A stretch of 35,740 nt of DNA from a virus (taxonomy: Duplodnaviria > Caudoviricetes), in IMG/VR virus record IMGVR_UViG_3300046710_000061, positions 1-35,740 of that record. One strand, 5' to 3'. Of the stretch, positions 25,112 through 32,132 are shown one piece after another. Position 1 is the first letter of the stretch. Every line of letters begins with the position of its first letter. Both the position numbers and the translations under genes were made by a program. The notes beneath the pieces were generated by a model. It did not search any database. It worked only from the letters and a program-made list of their open reading frames with translations, and was not told where the DNA came from.

Positions 25112-25474
25112 CTATATCCTCACAGTCATGATGGGAAGCAACGACTGTTCCTTCATGTGGTGAATCTTGGTATACCGCTCTCCCGCGCTCTTCAGGAAGT
25201 GGATGAAGAAGTCCCAGTCATCAATCGTATACGTCTCTCCGACCTTGAAGTCCAGCCAGCCGTCGGGTGGCATCTCATGTTGGTTACTGATTCTGACCGT
25301 GTTCGGCTCAGCGATGGTCGCCAGACTGTAGTATGAACGACCGTGATAGTATCGGCGAGCTTTGACCGGCAGCAATTCCCTCTCAATCTCATTCTGGCTG
25401 GCAACATTCCTGAGGGCCATGAACTCGACCCTGCCGTTCGGAAGGATTCGGTAATCAATCGCAGTTTGCTTCAT
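25112..25474 (-). CDS. Hypothetical protein
   Basis: 120 aa, GAGGAGG SD, ATGA overlap. Confidence 0.7.
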   Translation of the reverse strand: MKQTAIDYRILPNGRVEFMALRNVASQNEIERELLPVKARRYYHGRSYYSLATIAEPNTVRISNQHEMPPDGWLDFKVGETYTIDDWDFFIHFLKSAGERYTKIHHMKEQSLLPIMTVRI

Positions 25475-25737
25475 GTGGCCTCCTCAAATAGGTGGAAGAC
25501 GTAGGGCGGTTGCTGGAACGTGCCGATATACTGAAGATTGTCTTCTGTAATCGGGTGTCCCGTCCCATATAGTACAAACTTGCGCGTCTCCCAACCTGCT
25601 TCTGTATCGGGAATCATCGCCCAAAAGCACGATTCTCCATTCTGCGTTTGCAATGAAAGGATGCGCGCTCCCTTTGGCATTTCCATGACAAAGCGGTCTA
25701 CTCCCTCTATCAGTTTGAACTTCCAGATTGTCCTCAT
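25471..25737 (-). CDS. Conserved phage hypothetical protein (DUF7352-like)
   Basis: MRTIWKF...MPKGARILS.Q.Q...WA...GTGH...YIGT.Q...VFHLFE; family name from recall. Confidence 0.75.
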   Translation of the reverse strand: MRTIWKFKLIEGVDRFVMEMPKGARILSLQTQNGESCFWAMIPDTEAGWETRKFVLYGTGHPITEDNLQYIGTFQQPPYVFHLFEEAT

Positions 25738-25970
25738 GTGGTCTCCTTTACCTTCTTCTTGCGGATGCGTTTCTGCGGCACAGCAATCTTCCCGATAATC
25801 TCCGAGAGCCAGACCGTCCAGACCCTGTTGTCTGCCAGCAGTCGCACATCAACAGCGTTCTCCCGAACTTCTGCAACATCTCCGATTCCTTCCTTGCCGA
25901 TGTGACCAAACATGAACCGTATCTGGTCGCCCACTTGATACGGAGCAATCATCTTCTCTTTGTCCGTCAC
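25734..25970 (-). CDS. Small SH3/KOW-like protein
   Basis: YQVGDQIRF...GDVAEV...VDVRL...SEII; AGGAGG SD. Confidence 0.7.
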   Translation of the reverse strand: MTDKEKMIAPYQVGDQIRFMFGHIGKEGIGDVAEVRENAVDVRLLADNRVWTVWLSEIIGKIAVPQKRIRKKKVKETT

Positions 25971-25979
25971 GTTTCCTCC

Positions 25980-26234
25980 TTAGTTCCCATCGTTCTGATA
26001 GTCAATTTCGCGTCCATCAGGCAGGAATGACATTACTTTCTTCTCGACCTCCTTGGCCTTCTTGACCTTGATAACCTCGCTGCGGTAGACGTTATAGATT
26101 TCATCCTTCACGCGCACATCAAGTCCGCAAAGTCCCGCATGGATAACCTCACCGGTATGGGACTTCCCCTGTCTCATGTAGTCGAAGGTCACAGTGTCAC
26201 CAACCTTGATTGCGTCACGCTCCTCAGTTGTCAC
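25980..26234 (-). CDS. Small SH3/KOW-like protein
   Basis: IKVGDTVTF...GEVI...LDVRV...SEVI. Confidence 0.7.
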   Translation of the reverse strand: MTTEERDAIKVGDTVTFDYMRQGKSHTGEVIHAGLCGLDVRVKDEIYNVYRSEVIKVKKAKEVEKKVMSFLPDGREIDYQNDGN

Positions 26235-26929
26235 TCCGCACCTTCCTTGGGCTTCTTGCCAATCAGGATAATCAAGTCCTCAATCATGGTAGAGGCTTCT
26301 GTCTTGTTGATGTCATTCCACAGCACCTTCTTCTCGGTCAGGTACTTCGCGACCTCTGTCGACTTCCAACCGAGTTCGTGCGCCTGTGCCACAATCTTTC
26401 CTTTCTGTGCTTCCGTGGCAGGGTCGGTACTGGTCGTCTTCTTCGGTACATCCGACTTCGCGGCAGACTTGTTCTCACTGGAACTGTTCGCGTCATCATC
26501 CTCAGTTGCTACGCCAAGCATGGCAGCCAAGGCATACCGTCTCATGTAGGTCATACTCGACCCGTACCCCTGTGACTTGTTCACCTGTTTGACCTTCTTG
26601 GCCTTCTCCTCTCCCTTGCCATCAAACTCCGTCTCCTCCGGCGTTTCCGGCTGGACAGGAACGAACACGGGCATGAATCCACGGATGTACTGACCAGTCT
26701 TGTGAATCAGTTCCGTGTAGAGGACGGGTTGGTCTGCCTCGAACCCGCCGTACTGCACGACCGTCAGGTTGTTCGTGGTCATCGCGTCACGGCAAGCGTC
26801 ATAGATTGCAGCAAGGTCGGCATACTTTGAGTGGAAGAACGGGTTGTCTTCCGACCTTACGGCATTCTTGATGCCCTTCTGAGCGGCTACTAGAGCAGTT
26901 GCAAGTTCCTCAATATCTTCACTCTGCAT
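26231..26929 (-). CDS. erf: ERF-family single-strand annealing recombinase
   Basis: NPFFHSKYADL and QGYGSSMTYMRRYALAAMLGV..EDDD motifs. Confidence 0.93.
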   Translation of the reverse strand: MQSEDIEELATALVAAQKGIKNAVRSEDNPFFHSKYADLAAIYDACRDAMTTNNLTVVQYGGFEADQPVLYTELIHKTGQYIRGFMPVFVPVQPETPEETEFDGKGEEKAKKVKQVNKSQGYGSSMTYMRRYALAAMLGVATEDDDANSSSENKSAAKSDVPKKTTSTDPATEAQKGKIVAQAHELGWKSTEVAKYLTEKKVLWNDINKTEASTMIEDLIILIGKKPKEGAE

Positions 26930-27176
26930 GTCTCTCCTTTGGCTCCTTATGTCTCGCCCACTTGTTCCACTGAGCGGTCAATACCACGACTGGGACACCC
27001 ATCAGGGTCGCCAGCAATTCCAGATTCTTGTCGCCCGGGTACTGCCAGTTCGATTCCCACATACTGATAAGGGAGACGGGCTTCCCCAGTTTCTTGGCAA
27101 CATCCGCCTGTACGACTTCATTCGCAATCCGCCATTTGCGGAGCGGGTTCTGTCCCTTGTGTACCATACTTATCAC
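26919..27176 (-). CDS. XRE-family HTH transcriptional regulator
   Basis: LRKWR...QADVAKKLG...ISMWES...P...L..LA..MGV. Confidence 0.88.
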   Translation of the reverse strand: MISMVHKGQNPLRKWRIANEVVQADVAKKLGKPVSLISMWESNWQYPGDKNLELLATLMGVPVVVLTAQWNKWARHKEPKERHAE

Positions 27177-27502
27177 GTCGTACCTCCTTTCAACGTGTCC
27201 AATGTCCTGATATCCTCTTGCAGTCGCATCAGTGAACAGACATGCTCACGAATACGTTGCAACTGCTCCACCAGACGTCCCCATTCCTCATCAACCTTGC
27301 CGTTCATCTCAACGTAGGTTCCAGCATAGGCAACCTTGTAGACGTCACTCTCCTCTTTGGACATGTTGAGTGTCACCGGCACATTCACACGGATAGATAG
27401 GCTGACCTTGCCTCCCACATCCACAAAGATTCTGGCAGACCGATAGTCGTCAACGGGACGGATTGCTACGCCGTGATTCCGAATGTCTTGTTCAGTCCTC
27501 AT
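27173..27502 (-). CDS. Hypothetical protein
   Basis: 109 aa, GAGGAGG SD. Confidence 0.7.
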   Translation of the reverse strand: MRTEQDIRNHGVAIRPVDDYRSARIFVDVGGKVSLSIRVNVPVTLNMSKEESDVYKVAYAGTYVEMNGKVDEEWGRLVEQLQRIREHVCSLMRLQEDIRTLDTLKGGTT

Positions 27503-27511
27503 CTTGCCTCC

Positions 27512-27937
27512 TCAGTTCGTGTTTCCAGTATCATGGTCGTCCGCTTTCAACAGGTCATATTGTTCCTGCGTCAACGTACTTGCTATCTTCTCCCTCAAGG
27601 GACAGGTATCCTCCTCACATATCATGCCCTTTCGCAACATCACAAGCAGGGTGATGGTCACGCAACTCACATACGACTCCATGAGTAGACCGAACTCCAT
27701 CTCGTCCAGTTTCCTGTTTGTATTCGCCTCTGCAACATCACTCCCGACCTTCAAGGAAGCCCGCACCGAGGCAGATGTATGTCCTGCCTCCAAGACCATA
27801 TCACGGACACGGTCATACTCCTTCATGGTCAAGCCCGTCCGCTTCATCATCACGTCCATCAGTTTGTTGAAGGCAGTTCCGCCTTCCTTCTCGCCCTCCT
27901 CAACCGTCACCTTCTTTCCGTTCAGTTCATCGCCCAT
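27512..27937 (-). CDS. Hypothetical protein
   Basis: 141 aa, GGAGG SD. Confidence 0.7.
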   Translation of the reverse strand: MGDELNGKKVTVEEGEKEGGTAFNKLMDVMMKRTGLTMKEYDRVRDMVLEAGHTSASVRASLKVGSDVAEANTNRKLDEMEFGLLMESYVSCVTITLLVMLRKGMICEEDTCPLREKIASTLTQEQYDLLKADDHDTGNTN

Positions 27938-28268
27938 CAGTTCCTCCCACTCTCTTTAACAGTTCCGCGAACGTACACGGCTTGAAGTACAGGTCGCGCT
28001 CAATCGCAGGAACGCCTCCGGCAAATGTACACTCCTTCATCTCAAACAGACTGAAGTCACCCCACTCATTCTCGAGTCCCATGACATAGCCGAAGAACGT
28101 CTTGGTTATCGGGTCATACTCACAGGCGTACCAGTGCCAGTTCGATATGATGCTGAAGTAGGCAACGTGCATCACATGGTCATCCAGCGGCAAGTTCTCC
28201 TGCGCGCCATAGGCCGGCAACGTCTTGGCAAGTCCGTCAGGTAAGAGGTTCACCCTGTGCCTCCACAC
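27927..28268 (-). CDS. DUF2958-like protein
   Basis: YF...WHWYACEYD...FFGYV.GLENEWG.FSL.E...IERDLYF; start may be about 15 nt downstream. Confidence 0.85.
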   Translation of the reverse strand: MWRHRVNLLPDGLAKTLPAYGAQENLPLDDHVMHVAYFSIISNWHWYACEYDPITKTFFGYVMGLENEWGDFSLFEMKECTFAGGVPAIERDLYFKPCTFAELLKRVGGTDGR

Positions 28269-28716
28269 TCTCCGCCCACTTCATCACGTCCTCAATGTCC
28301 TTGACCGACTGCTTGTTCACCAGGTGTTTCTTCGGCCATGAACGATAGACGCGAATCATGAGTCCCTTGTTCTCGCCGTCATCTATCCCAACAACGTCAT
28401 ACTCCCACTCCTGTCCTGCATCCGCGTCCTTGAGGGACATGTAGACATCTCCGTTCGGATGCTCAATCTTCAGGTCGCGGATAAGTTTGACAGCCGTCTC
28501 CTCGAAACTGTTGTCATGGTCGGCATTCTCCTTGTCGCTCACCGACCCATCGGTACTGACCGTCAGACCGTTGACCAAGATGCGCTTCTTCATCCAGTCG
28601 ACCAGTATCGCGCCCAGTCCTGTCGGATATCCATCCATGTGAACATAGACGGTCGCCATGTGGTGTTCCTTCCCGCCATAGACATCAATGATATTTACTA
28701 ATGCTCGAGTGCTCAC
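28237..28716 (-). CDS. Conserved phage hypothetical protein (Y.H.DGYP.G.G family)
   Basis: Start GTG 28716 (MSTRAL) after GGAGG; VYVHMDGYPTGLG and EWEY motifs. Confidence 0.75.
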   Translation of the reverse strand: MSTRALVNIIDVYGGKEHHMATVYVHMDGYPTGLGAILVDWMKKRILVNGLTVSTDGSVSDKENADHDNSFEETAVKLIRDLKIEHPNGDVYMSLKDADAGQEWEYDVVGIDDGENKGLMIRVYRSWPKKHLVNKQSVKDIEDVMKWAESVEAQGEPLT

Positions 28717-28730
28717 CCATGCCTCCAATC

Positions 28731-29441
28731 TCATATGTGGTAATCGAATCGGAACACTTTCAGTCCCATCGCCAGCGCATCGTTCACGGCTGTGAAGTAC
28801 AGGTCATGCCACACGTTCTCCTCTTTCTTGTCACTTGTCATGCCCCACCAACCCAGTTGCGCTCCTTCCTGCCAGCCGTGCATCGGGGTCACGATAGCAA
28901 ATGGGATGCTCTTGCCGTTGCTGTTCTCTTGGACGTCTTCGGGTTTCAGCGCAACCTCCCATGACCACGGTCCCCTGCCATACGGTTCCGAGAACTCATA
29001 GGTAAAGTAATCATGCTTGGCAAGCGGGTTGTAGGTCGTCTTTACCTTCCCCGTCCCATGACAATCCGCACAATCGGGGTCGGCAGCGTCCTTGTTCGCG
29101 AGTGAATCAAGGATAGCAAGTTCCAGTTTGCGACGCGGGGTGATATATTCCTTCTCCCACATATCTTGTCGCGCCATCATCCCTTTCCACATCGTGTCGC
29201 CGTTATCGTCAGGTTTATACTCTTCCTTTGGGTGCTTCTCGTCGAACAGGTCACGCTCCTGATTTATCGTCCGACCAAGGACGACATCAGTAATGCTCTC
29301 GGCTTCTTTCTTTGCTTTCCCGCCGACACAATAGCAAGTCCTGTCATGTTCGTCGACTTCCAATTGTTCCGAGTACGGATGCAACAGATGTTCGGCTTGC
29401 TCCAGACTTCCTGCAAAGACAACGACCGTGGCATGACTCAT
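28731..29441 (-). CDS. Hypothetical protein with CxxCxGxG zinc-finger motif
   Basis: MSHATVVV start, CYC and CADCHGTG..TTYNP.AK, GWWG, C-terminal DYHI. Confidence 0.75.
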   Translation of the reverse strand: MSHATVVVFAGSLEQAEHLLHPYSEQLEVDEHDRTCYCVGGKAKKEAESITDVVLGRTINQERDLFDEKHPKEEYKPDDNGDTMWKGMMARQDMWEKEYITPRRKLELAILDSLANKDAADPDCADCHGTGKVKTTYNPLAKHDYFTYEFSEPYGRGPWSWEVALKPEDVQENSNGKSIPFAIVTPMHGWQEGAQLGWWGMTSDKKEENVWHDLYFTAVNDALAMGLKVFRFDYHI

Positions 29442-29758
29442 CGTATCGCCGTCCTGATATCCTTCGCGACCTTTTCCAGTTCGTCCATGACCGCGTTCAA
29501 GTAGTCCATCCCGATTTTCTCATTATGGATAACGTGATTGAACTCCCGCACGATTGCATTCCAACGTACCTGTTCCGCTTGTGTCAAGGTATGAGCAGCG
29601 CGGGTTGCTCGTAGCATCTCCTGTGCCTTGTGCGCTCGCGTATCAAACTGTGCGAGCAGGTCAAGACGCAGACCCTTGTACTGGCCGAGTGTCACGGCAC
29701 TCTTTACTGCCGCACCTCTCTCCGCCATCAATTCGTCGTCAGTCTTGTCACCAACCAT
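29438..29758 (-). CDS. Hypothetical helical protein
   Basis: 106 aa, AAGGAG SD. Confidence 0.7.
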   Translation of the reverse strand: MVGDKTDDELMAERGAAVKSAVTLGQYKGLRLDLLAQFDTRAHKAQEMLRATRAAHTLTQAEQVRWNAIVREFNHVIHNEKIGMDYLNAVMDELEKVAKDIRTAIR

Positions 29759-29773
29759 GTCATCTCCTTTCTC

Positions 29774-30034
29774 TTACTTGCAGGACTTGACCATGTCGTT
29801 CAGTTCTTTCTTCACTCGGCGGGCGACATCTCCGCGCCATGTGTTCGCGTTTGCAAGGAAATACAGAACAATGCTCTTGCCGGAATCTTGGAAGTAGTCA
29901 TCCTCTATCGAGTTCAGGTCTTCCATTGCTTCCAGATACGGTCTTGCAGCGTAGTTGACTTTTTCGTCCCAGTCATGCCATATCTCTTTGGCAATCTCCT
30001 TCAACGTTCTCTTCTGCGTCACATCTATCATCAT
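29774..30034 (-). CDS. Conserved phage hypothetical protein
   Basis: EIA.EI..DW...A.PYL.AM...SIVLYFL.NA.TWRG..AR.VK.EL; first gene after a consensus promoter. Confidence 0.8.
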   Translation of the reverse strand: MMIDVTQKRTLKEIAKEIWHDWDEKVNYAARPYLEAMEDLNSIEDDYFQDSGKSIVLYFLANANTWRGDVARRVKKELNDMVKSCK

Positions 30035-30073
30035 CTCCTCCTTTAGACCCCCTGTTCATCAGGGTCTACAGTC

Positions 30074-30104
30074 ATTATATAATTCTATATGTTCCTGTCA
30101 AGTC
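30074..30104 (-). promoter_or_regulatory. Consensus sigma70 promoter
   Basis: GACTTGACA-N16-TATAAT. Confidence 0.85.
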
Positions 30105-30124
30105 ACAGTATGAAGAAATTGTAT

Positions 30125-30150
30125 AGGGGCAGGAGACCCGCTCTGCCCCT
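30125..30150 (-). terminator. Hairpin, possible terminator
   Basis: AGGGGCAG-N10-CTGCCCCT after a stop codon; weak T tract. Confidence 0.45.
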
Positions 30151-30154
30151 TGGT

Positions 30155-30454
30155 CTAACGGTTTGGGAGCACTCGCAACGTATTCGCGGCAGACAGTTCA
30201 TTCATGGTCGCTGGCTGGAACCATTTGTCGAGAACTATCTCAGGGTCGGTCAAGTCGCTCATGCCAAACGCGAATACCAGCGTTCCGTCATCGAGTCCGG
30301 CAAGTCCTATTACCGTTCTACTCTCCCGTTCATAAGCGGCAGCATACCAGCACCGACCTGAGAACAGGTGCAGGAATCTTTGCTGGAGTATGACAGAACT
30401 GTCCCGCATCTGTACGGTGCGGGGCAGTTGGCTGAGTGCAGTCTGCACTCTCAT
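30155..30454 (-). CDS. Hypothetical protein
   Basis: Start MRVQTAL just after the upstream stop; fills operon gap; SD weak. Confidence 0.55.
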   Translation of the reverse strand: MRVQTALSQLPRTVQMRDSSVILQQRFLHLFSGRCWYAAAYERESRTVIGLAGLDDGTLVFAFGMSDLTDPEIVLDKWFQPATMNELSAANTLRVLPNR

Positions 30455-30456
30455 AT

Positions 30457-30747
30457 CTACACAATCGGGAAATAATAGAGGGTGTCTCCATCCATCCCCT
30501 TGACCTTGGCGCACCATGCCACGGATGCTTCATTCCTTAGGTCGTGCGGGGCATTGGCGCAATTATTGATGACAGCATCAATGGTACGAAAGAAGTTCTG
30601 TTGCAGGGTGCGGTGCTGACCAGTGACGAAGTTGGTGATTGCCGTCACGACCTCATCCTCATTTCCATAGTGATTCAGTTCGGTGAACAGGTCTTCCAGC
30701 GGCTTCTGGAGTTTTTCTGTGGTGGTCTTCTCAACTGGTTCGTTCAC
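30457..30747 (-). CDS. Hypothetical phage protein
   Basis: 96 aa; HRTLQQNFFR...DLRNEAS; GAGGAGG SD. Confidence 0.75.
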   Translation of the reverse strand: MNEPVEKTTTEKLQKPLEDLFTELNHYGNEDEVVTAITNFVTGQHRTLQQNFFRTIDAVINNCANAPHDLRNEASVAWCAKVKGMDGDTLYYFPIV

Positions 30748-30763
30748 GGTTTGCCTCCTCTGG

Positions 30764-30793
30764 CAAAAAGAATGGGGGCAGTTTCCTGCCCCC
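30764..30793 (-). terminator. Intrinsic terminator inside the leftward early operon
   Basis: GGGGGCAG-GAAA-CTGCCCCC followed by ATTCTTTTT. Confidence 0.7.
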
Positions 30794-30800
30794 TGTTCTC

Positions 30801-31067
30801 CTACGCGGTAGGCAGTTCGGCTTCGGCGTTGGCCTTGGTCTGGTCAGGCAAGGGCTGTGCGCCCATTGTCTTCAGCAGTCCGTAGTAAACGCCCCACCGG
30901 GCCTTCTCGACGTCGGTCATCGCGTTCCCGCCCCACGTCCTCTGCTCTTGGGTCTGGACGTACTCGACCAACTCCTTGCGGGTCGGCCTGTGCTCCTTGG
31001 GAGTACGGGGCTTTCTCGCAATCACGTTTCCGTCAGCGTCTACCTTGACCTTGAGTGCTTTCTTCAT
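30801..31067 (-). CDS. Hypothetical protein
   Basis: 88 aa, AGGAGG SD. Confidence 0.75.
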   Translation of the reverse strand: MKKALKVKVDADGNVIARKPRTPKEHRPTRKELVEYVQTQEQRTWGGNAMTDVEKARWGVYYGLLKTMGAQPLPDQTKANAEAELPTA

Positions 31068-31111
31068 GTCTGTTCCTCCTGTGGTACGACTGTGGTTCTC
31101 GTTCCCGAGTT

Positions 31112-31146
31112 TGGTTCACGGCAAGGTCTTTCCCTGCCGTGAGCCA
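31112..31146 (-). promoter_or_regulatory. Long intergenic RNA hairpin without T tract
   Basis: TGGCTCACGGCAGGG-AAAGA-CCTTGCCGTGAACCA. Confidence 0.5.
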
Positions 31147-31148
31147 TC

Positions 31149-31373
31149 TCAGGTAACTTTGCACCACAACATCGCAGTCTGGAGCAGGTGGTTGTAGTCG
31201 CCGGCGGTCGCTTCGTCGTAGAACTTGGTCAAGTCACTTTCGGGAAAATGGGCTTCCCGCATCGCACGTTGGCAAATTGCCAAAATGTTGTAGGCATTCC
31301 CGTCTTCTCCAACTAGACCAACTTCTGGCCTCAGCATTCCGTTTGGTGCGTTAAGGTCGGGCTTTACAGTCAT
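31149..31373 (-). CDS. Conserved small mobile-element protein; first leftward early gene
   Basis: LVGEDGNAYNIL...EATAGDYNHLL pattern; AGGAGG SD. Confidence 0.8.
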   Translation of the reverse strand: MTVKPDLNAPNGMLRPEVGLVGEDGNAYNILAICQRAMREAHFPESDLTKFYDEATAGDYNHLLQTAMLWCKVT

Positions 31374-31399
31374 TCCTTCCTCCTCTTGTCTTTGTCTCG

Positions 31400-31464
31400 G
31401 TTGTAAAAGCGCAATGGTTCGGGTTCGGGTCGTTCCTTAGTGGTAGGGGCTGCTCCCAGTCCCT
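31400..31464 (-). promoter_or_regulatory. Leftward leader element (hairpin + GACCCGAACCCGAA + boxA-like)
   Basis: Homologous to 32060-32116 on the opposite strand. Confidence 0.6.
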
Positions 31465-31478
31465 GTCTTCGTACTCTC

Positions 31479-31510
31479 AGTATATTGGTATATGAAAGTT
31501 TGTCAAGTCC
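31479..31510 (-). promoter_or_regulatory. Leftward early promoter
   Basis: GGACTTGACA-N16-TATACT. Confidence 0.85.
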
Positions 31511-31605
31511 CATATTCACAGTATTTTCACCCAAAAGACAGTTTCCGCCTCCAATTTGCAAGTCTCAATTGTGAAGAAGTATATACAATTGAGTTATTAG
31601 TCCCC

Positions 31606-31934
31606 TGTGGATAACCTGTGGATAACTTTGGGGTCAATGTGTTAGTAACCTGTCAGTAACCTGTGGATAACTTTTGTTAGTAACTTGTGGATAACGAATG
31701 GGCAATGTGTTAGTAACCTGTGGATAACTTTGCCTAGGGACACAGTGGTGATGCGGGTCATTTGGGTTCTAGGGGGTCTTTTGGGGTCAAGGTGCGGTTT
31801 TCACCCCTTACCCGTATATATGGACACTGACACCGGTTATAGCCCAGCCTTGACGGTCGACCCATCCCTACACGGTCTTGCCTGTGGATAACCTGTGGAT
31901 AACTTTTTTGGGTTATCCACAGACCTGTTAGTAA
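31606..31934. repeat. DnaA-box array (8 perfect TTATCCACA + 5 variant TTACT(A/G)ACA boxes)
   Basis: TGTGGATAA at 31606, 31617, 31662, 31686, 31719, 31883, 31894; TTATCCACA at 31913; TGTTAGTAA at 31640, 31675, 31708, 31926; TGTCAGTAA at 31651. Confidence 0.92.
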
Positions 31935-32014
31935 CTTCTTCATATTTTACACACATTTGACCCTTGTAAACCGCAGGCGACCCGTCTCTTTGACGTGAAG
32001 GAATTGTGAACTTT

Positions 32015-32046
32015 GGACTTGACAATGTGATGAAATTGTTTATATT
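32015..32046 (+). promoter_or_regulatory. Rightward early promoter
   Basis: GGACTTGACA-N16-TATATT. Confidence 0.8.
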
Positions 32047-32059
32047 GTAGATAGTGAAC

Positions 32060-32116
32060 TAGGGGCAAAGCCCCTACACCACTGAGACCCGAACCCGAAG
32101 GACGCATCTTGAGAAG
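32060..32116 (+). promoter_or_regulatory. Rightward leader element (hairpin + GACCCGAACCCGAA + boxA-like)
   Basis: TAGGGGC-AAA-GCCCCTA, CCACT, GACCCGAACCCGAA (32086-32099), GCATCTTGAGAAG. Confidence 0.6.
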
Positions 32117-32132
32117 TGACAGGAGGAATGAG

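Noticed and set aside
26919-27176. CI repressor / lysogeny module
   Set aside because: HTH only, no S24 peptidase domain, co-oriented within the early operon; no integrase in the window, so lifestyle is undetermined.
31-31197. Numerous plus-strand ORFs, e.g. 8460-9428, 12672-13445, 4193-4792
   Set aside because: Antisense shadows of well-supported minus-strand genes, with no motifs or SDs.
31600-31940. CRISPR array or mini-array
   Set aside because: Repeat units are 9-11 bp, abutting, with no 25-40 bp repeats or unique spacers; they match DnaA boxes.
31600-31940. Host chromosomal oriC at a prophage boundary
   Set aside because: Both flanks carry phage-type small genes with matching promoters and leaders; no dnaA, dnaN, rpmH or gidA and no att/integrase. 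Misassembly cannot be fully excluded without reads.
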